Notes: generated from the sequence alone by a model not told the origin. Positions 1 through 9,380 are shown, numbered from the stretch's first letter. The stretch: 32,000 bases of DNA from Aliivibrio fischeri ES114 (GCF_000011805.1 NC_006840.2); one strand, 5' to 3'. Program-made: numbers and translations.

Positions 1-788
1 TAAATTTTTTGGACAAAAGGCTTATCTTGATGTAATCCGATTTCAAGTTCAGACGCTTCATAGCCTGAAAAAACTGGAAAAGTGAACTCTTTTTTACAAA
101 AAAGAGCTGTTAATTCTTCACACTTTGTAATGAATGCATGTTGGCTGACAACCCACGACTTCTGCGTTGCCTGTGCATAAACAAAACCAACTAAGTTATT
201 AAGGTAACTACCTAAATTATTCTTCGGAACACCAATAAGCTTAGAAAAAATCATTTTTTCTAATACTTGAACGTTATCAGCTTGTGTAAACAAAGTAACT
301 TTACCAAGTAAATTTTCTCGTAAAGTTTTATCCGAACTCATAACTGCTCGCTGTAATTTAATAATTTGAGACGATTTGCCCCTATCAAGCAAATCCTCTT
401 TACGTTCTGAAAAAATAGCCTCAAGTACTCCCATACGTTGATCGACTGTTTGTGTATTCCAGTCTTTTAGGCGAGTTTTTACTCCAAAAGCTTGAGTTGT
501 ATGAAGCACTAAAAGGCCATATTGTGTATGGTCAAATTCTGGTTCCAACCAATTCTTGAGCGTTTTCCACAGGTTTTCATGATGATCAGTTAGCGGCGCG
601 GCGTAATTTTTCACTTCAATTTGACAAGATGTAGAAGCATTTGATGAAAGTAGGCTCACATCACCATCCTTTTCAAACCAGACGGATTGACCTTCTTCAA
701 GAGAAAAACACTTATCCAAACCAATCAGCACTTGATAATGAAAGGCTAATGCCGTTGTTAAGGCTGCATTTTTAGTTTGTCCTTTCAT
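1..788 (-). CDS. Partial CDS (N-terminal about 262 codons, continues beyond window start); hypothetical protein with nuclease-like N-terminus, possibly Cap4/DUF4297- or ABC-3C-like
   Basis: Manual reverse-strand translation from ATG 788-786 stays open to the window edge: MKGQTKNAALTTALAFHYQVLIGLDKCFSLEEGQSVWFEKDGDVSLLSSNASTSCQIEVKNYAAPLTDHHENLWKTLKNWLEPEFDHTQ... SD-like aaagg just upstream. Not in ORF track because no stop lies inside the window. D(V)...E-V-K spacing resembles a PD-(D/E)xK core. Confidence 0.75.
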   Translation of the reverse strand, partial: MKGQTKNAALTTALAFHYQVLIGLDKCFSLEEGQSVWFEKDGDVSLLSSNASTSCQIEVKNYAAPLTDHHENLWKTLKNWLEPEFDHTQYGLLVLHTTQAFGVKTRLKDWNTQTVDQRMGVLEAIFSERKEDLLDRGKSSQIIKLQRAVMSSDKTLRENLLGKVTLFTQADNVQVLEKMIFSKLIGVPKNNLGSYLNNLVGFVYAQATQKSWVVSQHAFITKCEELTALFCKKEFTFPVFSGYEASELEIGLHQDKPFVQKI

Positions 789-1073
789 GCCTTTCTAGTC
801 CTCATATTCATTTATAAAATTGTATTGAATTTTTAATTACAGGCAAACAACATTGTGCAACCATAAATGCCTACACCCTACGGTCTCCAAACTAAGCCAT
901 CTTACCGCACGACCGCATATTCCTTCTACAAATAACAGAGCAAATCCACCACCATTTTTCAAAACTGCTTATAAATTCACAAAAGTTAACTTGGCTCAAA
1001 TACAGTCCGTTATTTATTACGCTAGACTACAGCTAATTTTCGAGTCACTTCACACTTTATCTGGCCGTACATA

Positions 1074-3986
1074 ATGACTTCATGGATTCTTTCAACAAAC
1101 CCGATTGCTCGTCTCTTTAAAAAAGAAGCGGTTGTAACAATAGATAATGATGGAATACGTATTGTTCAGGCCGAAAATGAAACCATCATTAAATGGGATC
1201 AACTAGATTCCCCACCCAATCTTTCACTTTCTATTGATGGCGGTTGTTTAACGTTTATCTCGCAAGGAAAAAACCATCGCTACCGAATGTTGGGATATTT
1301 TACGCCTTTTAAATACGCCAAGCGTTTCTTTCCCTTCTGGGCGAATCAAAATGCAGAACGTTTACAAGATTTTCTCAGTGATGCTTACATTCAGTGCACA
1401 TCAACGTTTCTTAGAGACTCTTCGATAGAAAATATCCGTGCAGTAGTACGTAATGAAATTAAACGATGGAAAGGTTGGGATAAGGTTGAAGGATTATCTG
1501 AGCTTGCGCATAAAACGGTAACTCAACTTACCAATATTCATCATTGGTCGTCAGCTGATATTGAGAAGATTCGCCAACGCTATGTGAACAAGCAATTAGC
1601 TCAATACCAAACCTTTTTTGATAGCGTTGAATCTAACCCTTTAACCAATAGACAAAGAATCGCTTGTGTTACTGATAATGACAACAACCTCTTACTTGCT
1701 GGCGCAGGAACAGGTAAAACAAGCGTTATGATCGGTAAAGCTGGGTATTTGGTTAATAGCGGTAAAGCAAGCCCAAAGCAGATCTTAATGCTCGCTTATG
1801 GTCGAATTGCTGCTCAAGAAATGAATGAGCGAATCAAAGAAAAACTGGGCTTTGATGATGTAAAAGCGAGTACCTTTCACAGCCTTGGTGTAAAAATAAT
1901 CTCTGAAGTAGAAGGCAAAGCCCCTAGCCTATCTAAGCTTGAAGATAATCCAAAAGTTAAAGCCAAATGGATGCACGATGAGATTGAAATTCTTATGCGT
2001 GATAATAACTATAGAAAGGCGTTACTTGATTATTTTAGTTCTTATTATTTCGTTGATAAAAACCCGTGGGAATTTGAATCTCAAGGTGCTTACCTTAAAT
2101 ATCTAAATGATAATGAAGTTCAAACCATGAATGGCGAGAAGGTAAAAAGCTACGGTGAGCTTGTTGTGGCCAATTGGTTATTTAGAAAAGGAATTAAGTA
2201 TCAATATGAAGCCAAATACCGCTTTGATGTAGCTACAGAGAAGTACCGTCAATACGAGCCTGATTTTTATCTCCCTGATTATGATATCTACATTGAATAT
2301 TACGGTACTGATGAAAATGGGGATACCGCACCATACATAAATAGAGAACGCTATCAGCAAGGTATTGAATGGAAACGCAAGACACATAAGCAATATGGCA
2401 CAGGTTATGTTGAGGTTTTTTACCATCAGCATAAAAAAAGAAAACTGCCACAAGCACTTGAGAAAGAGTGACTCGCTCGAGGCGTAAAATTAGAGCCTGT
2501 CTCTGATAACGCCTTACTTGATAATTTAGAACAACTGGGACAAGTAACAGAGTTAGCAAAATTATTAGGTGCATTAGTTGATATGTACAAAGCGGCGTGT
2601 CTTGATGAAAGCGGTGTCGATAAAATCATTAAAGAATCCGTTGATCCAATGCAAACAACAAAGGCGTTGGAGTTATTAATGCCGCTTTATCAACGTTATG
2701 CTAAGTATTTAAACGATAATCAAGTTATCGACTTTAACGATATGATAGGTAAAGCCTTAGAATACGTTCAAAACCGTCAGTTTCACTCTCCATGGAAGTT
2801 TCTGTTGGTGGATGAATTCCAAGATATTTCAGAACCAAGAGCAAGATTAGTTAAGGCTTTGCGTGATAATACGGTTAAATCATCACTATTTTGTGTGGGT
2901 GATGATTGGCAAGCAATATATCGTTTTAGTGGTGCAGATGTACGCCTAACGACGGAGTTCTCTAACTACTTTGGTGCAACCTCTGAAACGACTTTAGACA
3001 TGACTTTTCGATTTAACAGCTCTATTGGTGATGTCGCCACTCGTTTTGTTACGCAGAATCCTGTTCAATTGAAAAAAGACATTAAATCACTTGTGCAAGT
3101 TGACCGCCCTGCCGTCAGTATTGTTCGTCAAGGTATTGAAGATTCTGGTATATCGGCATTAGATAAAGCACTCACAGCAATATCTAATCAAGTCATTGCT
3201 TCTAAAACACCGAGTAAAAATAAAGTCTATTTACTTGCTCGGTATTGGTATCAACTTCCCGATTTAAACCTTTTAATAAGAATAAAACACCAGTACTCAT
3301 CATTGGATATTGAGCTTCAATCTTTTCATGCCTCAAAAGGGAAAGAAGCTGAATATGTCGTTGTTATGGGGTTGGCCACAGGTAAACACGGTTTCCCTTC
3401 TGAAAAACAGACGCCACCACTAGTAGATGCGTTGTTACCACAAGGAGACAAATTTGAATATGCAGAAGAGCGACGCTTATTTTATGTTGCTTTAACTCGT
3501 GCAAAACATCGTGTTTATCTTCTGGTTGATATGATGGATGCGAGTGAATTTGTCACTGAGCTTATTAAAGCCAAGTACCCTGTAGAGACCAATGAATTTG
3601 ATGTGTCTCTTATTCAAAAAGAAGCAGAAAAGATCACTTGCCATCAATGTGGTTCTGGAGTACTAAGACCAAAAGCGGGTCAATATGGGAAATTCATGTC
3701 TTGCTCTCTTTATCCACGCTGCAAGCACAAAGAAACGCCATGTACTAAATGTGGAAGCCCAATGGCACACGATGCCACAAACAGCTATCAAGTTTGTATT
3801 GATGTCAGTTGTGGCGATAAACGTCCACTTTGCCAAAACTGCGGAAGTGAAATGAAGCTTAGACAAGGCAAATATGGCGCTTTTTGGGGATGCTCTACCT
3901 ATCGTAAAAACTATGAGAGTAACTGTTCATATAAGAAAAATTGCGAACCTTCATCACCACCAAAAAATAATCATTATTTTTTCTAA
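1074..3986 (+). pseudogene. helD: HelD/UvrD-like superfamily 1 helicase with internal nuclease-like domain and C-terminal topoisomerase-type C4 zinc ribbons; reading frame interrupted by a single in-frame TGA at 2469-2471
   Basis: ORFs 1074..2471 and 2583..3986 are in the same frame and the intervening codons 2472-2582 are open (LARGVKLEPVSDNALLDNLEQLGQVTELAKLLGALVD). Walker A LLAGAGTGKTSV; LVDEFQDIS; GDDWQAIYRFSG; YVALTRAKHRV; CxxC repeats at the C-terminus. Confidence 0.85.
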
Positions 3987-4230
3987 TCTAAGTGTTGACA
4001 GTAAAGTTTCGGAAGCATATATTGATTACATGAATTGCCATTTGGAGTTCATCGATAACCGGTTCGCCTTATTATAGGGAACAAAACGTTATCAAAATGA
4101 AGCAGTCCTACTGATTACTTACTAAAGAATAGTAGCGTTGTTTCTAACATTTAATCTTGAACCATATGTCATTAATGAGTCTACATTAGCTCTGAATATG
4201 AGTTCATTCTCTTCGCTTAATGCGTTGAGA

Positions 4231-4255
4231 ACTATTGCTTATTTTAAAGGATAGT
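4231..4255 (+). promoter_or_regulatory. Predicted ROSE-like RNA thermometer hairpin sequestering the ibpA Shine-Dalgarno
   Basis: ACUAUUGCUU-auuuu-AAAGGAUAGU: UUGCU anti-SD motif opposite AAAGGA, closed by ACUAU/AUAGU, immediately before ATG 4259. Confidence 0.55.
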
Positions 4256-4258
4256 ATT

Positions 4259-4681
4259 ATGCGTAATATCGATTTCTCTCCCCTATACCGTCATGCCATT
4301 GGTTTTGATCGTCTGTTTAATCTTGTAGAGAACAGCGCTAACAAACCATCTCAACAAAATGGTTACCCACCATATAACATCGAACAGAAAGACGAAAACA
4401 ACTACCGTATAACTATGGCTGTTGCTGGTTTCTCTGAAGATGCATTAACGATTTCTCAAAACGAACATATGCTGATTGTGTCAGGTGACATTACTTCATC
4501 TGAAATAAAGCCAACTTACGTCTATCAAGGCATTGCAGAACGCAACTTTGAACGAAAATTTCAACTTGCTGATTATGTGACTGTATCAGCAGCAAGCATG
4601 GAAAATGGATTACTTCATATCGATCTGGTTCGAGAAGTTCCAGAAGCCGTTCAAGCACGTAAGATTGCCATCAATAAATAG
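4259..4681 (+). CDS. ibpA: Small heat shock protein, Hsp20/IbpA family
   Basis: MRNIDFSPLYRHAIGFDRLFNLVE...; alpha-crystallin core YRITMAVAGFSEDALTISQ; start moved to 4259 from the track start 4235 because of the IbpA N-terminus and SD position. Confidence 0.9.
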   Translation: MRNIDFSPLYRHAIGFDRLFNLVENSANKPSQQNGYPPYNIEQKDENNYRITMAVAGFSEDALTISQNEHMLIVSGDITSSEIKPTYVYQGIAERNFERKFQLADYVTVSAASMENGLLHIDLVREVPEAVQARKIAINK

Positions 4682-4804
4682 CAATATACTTCATTGAGAA
4701 TAGCGTAAACCAATAATTTCAAAGTAAGTTTACGCTTATAAAACAACATCGAATTTAATTATTTGCATTAAAAAAACTAATGCGAATTAAAAGGAAAAAT
4801 TATT

Positions 4805-6703
4805 ATGGGTAAAATCATTGGTATCGACCTAGGTACAACGAATTCTTGTGTTGCTGTTTTAGATGGCGATACACCACGTATCTTAGAAAATGCAGAAGGC
4901 GAACGCACAACGGCATCGGTAATTGCTTACACAGATGGTGAAACTCTTGTAGGTCAGCCAGCTAAACGTCAAGCGATTACTAATCCACAAAATACATTAT
5001 TTGCGATTAAGCGTCTTATCGGCCGTCGTTTTGAAGACGAAGAAGTTCAACGTGATATCGAAATCATGCCGTACAAAATCATTAAAGCTGATAACGGTGA
5101 TGCTTGGGTAGAAGCGAAAGGCCAAAAAATGGCGGCACCTCAAGTGTCTGCTGAAATTCTTAAGAAAATGAAGAAAACAGCGGAAGACTTCCTAGGCGAA
5201 GAAGTTACTGGCGCAGTTGTTACTGTTCCTGCTTACTTTAATGATGCTCAACGTCAAGCGACGAAAGATGCAGGCCGTATTGCAGGTCTTGATGTTAAAC
5301 GTATCATCAATGAACCAACAGCTGCAGCACTAGCTTACGGTTTAGATAAAAAAGGTGGCGATCGCACTATCGCTGTTTACGACCTTGGTGGTGGTACATT
5401 CGATATTTCTATCATTGAAATCGACAACGTTGATGGCGAACAAACATTCGAAGTTCTTGCAACTAACGGTGACACTCACCTAGGTGGCGAAGATTTCGAT
5501 AACCGTCTAATCAACTTCCTTGTTGATGAGTTCAAAAAAGAACAAGGTTTTGATTTAAAAAATGATCCACTGGCTATGCAGCGTGTTAAAGAAGCAGCCG
5601 AAAAAGCGAAGATTGAATTGTCTTCAGCTCAACAAACAGACGTAAACTTACCATACGTTACTGCTGATGCAACAGGTCCTAAGCACATGAACATTAAAGT
5701 GACTCGTGCAAAACTGGAATCTCTAGTTGAAGACTTAGTCGTTCGCACGCTTGAACCGCTAAAAGTAGCTCTAGCAGATGCCGATCTAACTATTGATGGC
5801 ATCACTGATGTTATCCTAGTTGGTGGTCAAACACGTATGCCTATGGTTCAAGCTAAAGTTGCTGAATTCTTCGGTAAAGAAGCTCGTCGTGACGTGAACC
5901 CTGATGAAGCAGTAGCAATGGGTGCAGCAGTTCAAGGTGGTGTATTAGCTGGTGACGTTAAAGACGTTCTACTACTAGACGTTACTCCCCTGTCTTTCGG
6001 TATCGAAACCATGGGAGGGGTAATGACTAAGCTAATTGAGAAGAACACAACAATCCCAACAAAAGCGGATCAAACGTTCTCTACAGCTGAAGACAACCAA
6101 AGTGCGGTAACAATTCACGTACTTCAAGGTGAACGTAAGCAAGCAAGTTACAACAAATCTCTAGGTCAATTTAACCTAGAAGGTATCCAAGCTGCACCAC
6201 GTGGCATGCCACAAATCGAAGTAACATTCGATCTAGATGCAGATGGTATCCTAAACGTATCTGCAAAAGATAAATCGACAGGTAAAGAGCAGAAGATCAC
6301 AATCCAAGCTTCAGGTGGTCTAACAGACGAAGAAATCGAAGCAATGGTACAAGAAGCTGAAGCTAACAAAGACGCGGACAAAAAGTTCGAAGAGTTAGTA
6401 ACAGCACGTAACCAAGCGGATCAAATGATCCACGGTACGAAGAAACAAATCGAAGAAGCAGGCGATGATCTTCCAACTGACGAGAAAGAAAAAATCGAAG
6501 CCGCAATTACAGCACTAGAAGGCGTTAAGTCAGGTGATGATAAAGAAGCGATTGATGCGAAAACTCAAGAGCTAATGCAAGCAGCACAAAAGCTAATGGA
6601 AATTGCTCAACAAAAAGCTCAAGCACAACAAGGTGCACAAGCTGGTGAGCAACCTAAACAAGAAGATGATGTGGTAGATGCAGAGTTTGAAGAGGTAAAA
6701 TAA
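4805..6703 (+). CDS. dnaK: Molecular chaperone DnaK (Hsp70), 632 aa
   Basis: [32 protein letters not shown]..., [18 protein letters not shown]-terminal [12 protein letters not shown]; strongly matches E. coli DnaK throughout. Confidence 0.97.
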   Translation: MGKIIGIDLGTTNSCVAVLDGDTPRILENAEGERTTASVIAYTDGETLVGQPAKRQAITNPQNTLFAIKRLIGRRFEDEEVQRDIEIMPYKIIKADNGDAWVEAKGQKMAAPQVSAEILKKMKKTAEDFLGEEVTGAVVTVPAYFNDAQRQATKDAGRIAGLDVKRIINEPTAAALAYGLDKKGGDRTIAVYDLGGGTFDISIIEIDNVDGEQTFEVLATNGDTHLGGEDFDNRLINFLVDEFKKEQGFDLKNDPLAMQRVKEAAEKAKIELSSAQQTDVNLPYVTADATGPKHMNIKVTRAKLESLVEDLVVRTLEPLKVALADADLTIDGITDVILVGGQTRMPMVQAKVAEFFGKEARRDVNPDEAVAMGAAVQGGVLAGDVKDVLLLDVTPLSFGIETMGGVMTKLIEKNTTIPTKADQTFSTAEDNQSAVTIHVLQGERKQASYNKSLGQFNLEGIQAAPRGMPQIEVTFDLDADGILNVSAKDKSTGKEQKITIQASGGLTDEEIEAMVQEAEANKDADKKFEELVTARNQADQMIHGTKKQIEEAGDDLPTDEKEKIEAAITALEGVKSGDDKEAIDAKTQELMQAAQKLMEIAQQKAQAQQGAQAGEQPKQEDDVVDAEFEEVK

Positions 6704-6750
6704 TACCTTACTCAACACTAAAGTCACCTAGACATTAATAAGAAAATTCA

Positions 6751-6784
6751 GGGCGTATTGAGGAAACTCATACGCCCTTTTTTA
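6751..6784 (+). terminator. Rho-independent terminator after dnaK
   Basis: AGGGCGTAtTGAG-gaaa-CTCATACGCCCTTTTTT. Confidence 0.85.
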
Positions 6785-6801
6785 TATCTGTTTTCTTAAC
6801 A

Positions 6802-7437
6802 TTATTTATTCTGAAAGCCTTCAATAGAAACTTTTATATACTGATCTACTTTTTCACTTGGTGTCTCGGCCATACTTTGCTGCTGATTATGCTTAAGGAA
6901 AGTGATATGAAGGCTAGAAGTGACATCAAATGGTTCCTCTGTTTTCAATTCATCTACTTTTATTCTGTCTCCAAGAAAGAAGGTGTCTATTTGACCAATC
7001 TCGCCTGTCTCTGTATTTAATTTAAATAACCCTAAATACCAAAATACGCCTGTTCCTTGATTTGATACAAAAAATGGCACAGAGAAAATCATCTCATCGT
7101 CAATATTGCCAAGATTTAAAGGCGTGATTTTGTAGTAATCTAAACCGACTGAACCACGTTCCTCACCATTTTGATATTTTCCGGTAGCCAAATGAAGATC
7201 ATCATATTCTCTCAGTTCTGTCAGAGAAGCTTTGGCTTTAGAATTAGGCAATTGGATCTGCCAGTAGTCGTCGGTATTAATACTAAATAACGTCAACATC
7301 ACATTATTCTCTGTATCTAAGCTACTTTCTGCATCCACTACATAAATATCATCATTCGTAAAATTGAAACGATAAACGCCAGCAGCTGCTATTAACAAAC
7401 TAACAGCAACAATACCCAACAAGATTTTCTTCAGCAT
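6802..7437 (-). CDS. Hypothetical protein with N-terminal membrane anchor/signal
   Basis: 211-aa ORF, MLKKILLGIVAVSLLIAAAGVYRF hydrophobic N-terminus. Confidence 0.7.
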   Translation of the reverse strand: MLKKILLGIVAVSLLIAAAGVYRFNFTNDDIYVVDAESSLDTENNVMLTLFSINTDDYWQIQLPNSKAKASLTELREYDDLHLATGKYQNGEERGSVGLDYYKITPLNLGNIDDEMIFSVPFFVSNQGTGVFWYLGLFKLNTETGEIGQIDTFFLGDRIKVDELKTEEPFDVTSSLHITFLKHNQQQSMAETPSEKVDQYIKVSIEGFQNK

Positions 7438-7613
7438 GAGTGCCCCTACGATTTAGAGATAATTAAAAATATCATCACAATAACGTTAGCTAGGCTCAAA
7501 AGCCACCTCACGGTGAACACCTTTACATAAGCTAACGGTTTTCACGACTAAACCTGAAGACTTTCACCTTCTAGACCCTAGGCTAACACCATGGTCAGCG
7601 CACAAACCAACTT

Positions 7614-7687
7614 TATCCTCGATCGGGGATATACATTGACTTATCCCCGATAGGGGATATATTATTAATTATCCTCTACCGGGGATA
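7614..7687 (+). promoter_or_regulatory. hipBA promoter/operator: three HipB-type operators (7614-7631, 7642-7659, 7670-7687) with a sigma70-like promoter
   Basis: All three match TATCC-N8-GGATA, start-to-start spacing 28 bp twice. TTGACT (7636-7641) - 16 bp - TATATT (7658-7663); the middle operator fills the spacer. Confidence 0.85.
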
Positions 7688-7708
7688 TCACATAATATGA
7701 TGGGGTGT

Positions 7709-7960
7709 ATGATGATTTATAATCCAAAGCAATTAGCTAACCACTTAAAGCTTATTAGAACCAAACACAATTTGACTCAAACAGAGCTTGCTAAAAAAGT
7801 TGGTGTAAAACAATCCACCCTATCTAGCTTTGAGAATCATCCTGAAACGACTCAGTTACAGACACTCTTTAAGATCCTTCATGCATTAGAAGTTCATTGC
7901 ATTATTCAAGAGCAAGTCCCAGCAAGTCACGAAGACAATCTAGACGATGAGGCGTGGTAA
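7709..7960 (+). CDS. hipB: Antitoxin HipB (HTH XRE family)
   Basis: MMIYNPKQLANHLKLIRTKHNLTQTELAKKVGVKQSTLSSFENHPETTQLQTLFKILHALE, alignable to E. coli HipB. Start could also be 7697 or 7712. Confidence 0.9.
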   Translation: MMIYNPKQLANHLKLIRTKHNLTQTELAKKVGVKQSTLSSFENHPETTQLQTLFKILHALEVHCIIQEQVPASHEDNLDDEAW

Positions 7961-9279
7961 TGGCTATATTAATTGCATACATGAATGGTGAGCGCGTTGG
8001 AGAATTTACTAAACTCAGTAACGGTGCACACCAGTTTCAATACGATAAATCATGGATTGAAAGCACGGTAGGAAGACCTCTTTCATTATCCCTCCCCCTA
8101 CAGTATCCAAAGATAACCAGTGATTGCGTTATTAATTACTTCGACAACCTATTACCTGATTTATCAGAAGTCAGAGATCGCATCGTTGCCAGATACCAAG
8201 CTAAATCTCGTCAAACGTTCGATTTACTTCATGAAGTTGGAAAAGACAGCGTCGGTGCAATTTCTTTATTAACTAACGATGAAGAACCAAATACCAAACA
8301 ACTGGATTATGAAGTTTTAACTCCAGCACGGCTCAAACAAGTACTCTCAGCCTATCAGTCCAATATCCCATTAGGAATGTTAGAAGATGAATCAGACTTT
8401 CGAATTTCGGTTGCCGGAGCACAAGAAAAAACAGCATTACTCAGAATAAATAATGAATGGTGTATACCTAAGGCATCAACGCCAACAACACATATTATCA
8501 AATTACCCATAGGTAAAATTCAGCAACCTAATGCCACTCTCGATATGAGTGATAGTGTAGAAAATGAATACCTGTGCATCCAATTAGCGAAGAAGCTAGG
8601 ATTCAATGTACCTAATGTTGAAATAATTCATAGTGATGGAATAAAAGCCATTGCTGTAGAACGATTTGATAGACGATGGATTAAAAATAACACCAAGCTA
8701 TTAAGATTACCGCAAGAAGATATGTGCCAAGCATTTGGATTGCCATCATCAATCAAATATGAAGCAGATGGAGGCCCAAGTATAAAAACCATTATGGATC
8801 TTCTAATGGGCTCAAGCCAATCACTAAAAGATCGTGATGCTTTCATGCGATTTCAGGTATTTCAATGGTTAATCGGTGCAACAGATGGACACGCAAAAAA
8901 CTTCTCCATTTTTATTAATGCACAAGGCAGTTATCACCTTACGCCCTTTTATGACATTTTATCCGCCTACCCAATCTTAGGTGGTAAAGGGATGAATATT
9001 CGCTCATTAAAACTAGCAATGGGACTAACAGCATCGAAAGGAAAGAAATACCCTATTGATAAAATATACACACGTCATTTTATTGATACGGCTAAAGCTG
9101 TTGGATTTGATACTGCGAGAATGGAGGAAATAATGAAAGAATTTGCGATAAATATGCCTAATGCCATTAAGGAATTAGAAGCACAATTACCAAGCGATTT
9201 TCCAAAAGATATCTCTGACAGCATATTCAGTAATGCTTTGAGAATGGTAAATAAGATCCGCTTGAGTAATGATTTATAA
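7960..9279 (+). CDS. hipA: Toxin HipA (serine/threonine kinase)
   Basis: Near full-length alignment to E. coli HipA; FRISVAGAQEKTALL (autophosphorylated Ser loop), LIGATDGHAKNFS (catalytic Asp). TAATG overlap with the hipB stop. Confidence 0.95.
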   Translation: MAILIAYMNGERVGEFTKLSNGAHQFQYDKSWIESTVGRPLSLSLPLQYPKITSDCVINYFDNLLPDLSEVRDRIVARYQAKSRQTFDLLHEVGKDSVGAISLLTNDEEPNTKQLDYEVLTPARLKQVLSAYQSNIPLGMLEDESDFRISVAGAQEKTALLRINNEWCIPKASTPTTHIIKLPIGKIQQPNATLDMSDSVENEYLCIQLAKKLGFNVPNVEIIHSDGIKAIAVERFDRRWIKNNTKLLRLPQEDMCQAFGLPSSIKYEADGGPSIKTIMDLLMGSSQSLKDRDAFMRFQVFQWLIGATDGHAKNFSIFINAQGSYHLTPFYDILSAYPILGGKGMNIRSLKLAMGLTASKGKKYPIDKIYTRHFIDTAKAVGFDTARMEEIMKEFAINMPNAIKELEAQLPSDFPKDISDSIFSNALRMVNKIRLSNDL

Positions 9280-9292
9280 TTCGAGTGATTAA

Positions 9293-9326
9293 AAAATGGA
9301 TGTAGGTATTGCCGGCATCCACTTTT
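9293..9326 (+). terminator. Possible terminator after hipA
   Basis: AAAATGGATG...CATCCACTTTTC imperfect stem with short T-run. Confidence 0.4.
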
Positions 9327-9354
9327 CTAGTTAGCGAACTTGTTTTTGGAGAAA

Positions 9355-9380
9355 AATGAGTTAGAAAAAACTAACTCATT
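9355..9380 (-). terminator. Terminator for minus-strand transcription
   Basis: Perfect 10-bp inverted repeat AATGAGTTAG/CTAACTCATT with A6 loop; followed on the minus strand by TTTTC. Confidence 0.5.

Noticed and set aside
853-1074. ORF 853..1074 upstream of the helicase
   Set aside because: Low-complexity-looking translation with no good RBS, in the divergent promoter region; probably non-coding.
2469-2520. Selenocysteine recoding of the helicase TGA
   Set aside because: No convincing bacterial SECIS hairpin directly after the TGA, and no catalytic motif expected at this inter-domain position.
2178-2629. Minus-strand ORFs 2178..2453, 2233..2574 and 2426..2629
   Set aside because: They lie antisense to the helicase coding frame, overlap one another and have no recognisable motif; shadow ORFs.
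4154-4194. Sigma32 promoter upstream of ibpA
   Set aside because: A CTTGAAC -35-like sequence exists, but no CCCCAT-type -10 at 13-15 bp; not strong enough to list.
7482-7587. Integron attC site near hipBA
   Set aside because: GTTAGC/GCTAAC arms are present but orientation and the GTTRRRY/RYYYAAC cores do not fit an attC site, and no further cassettes follow.
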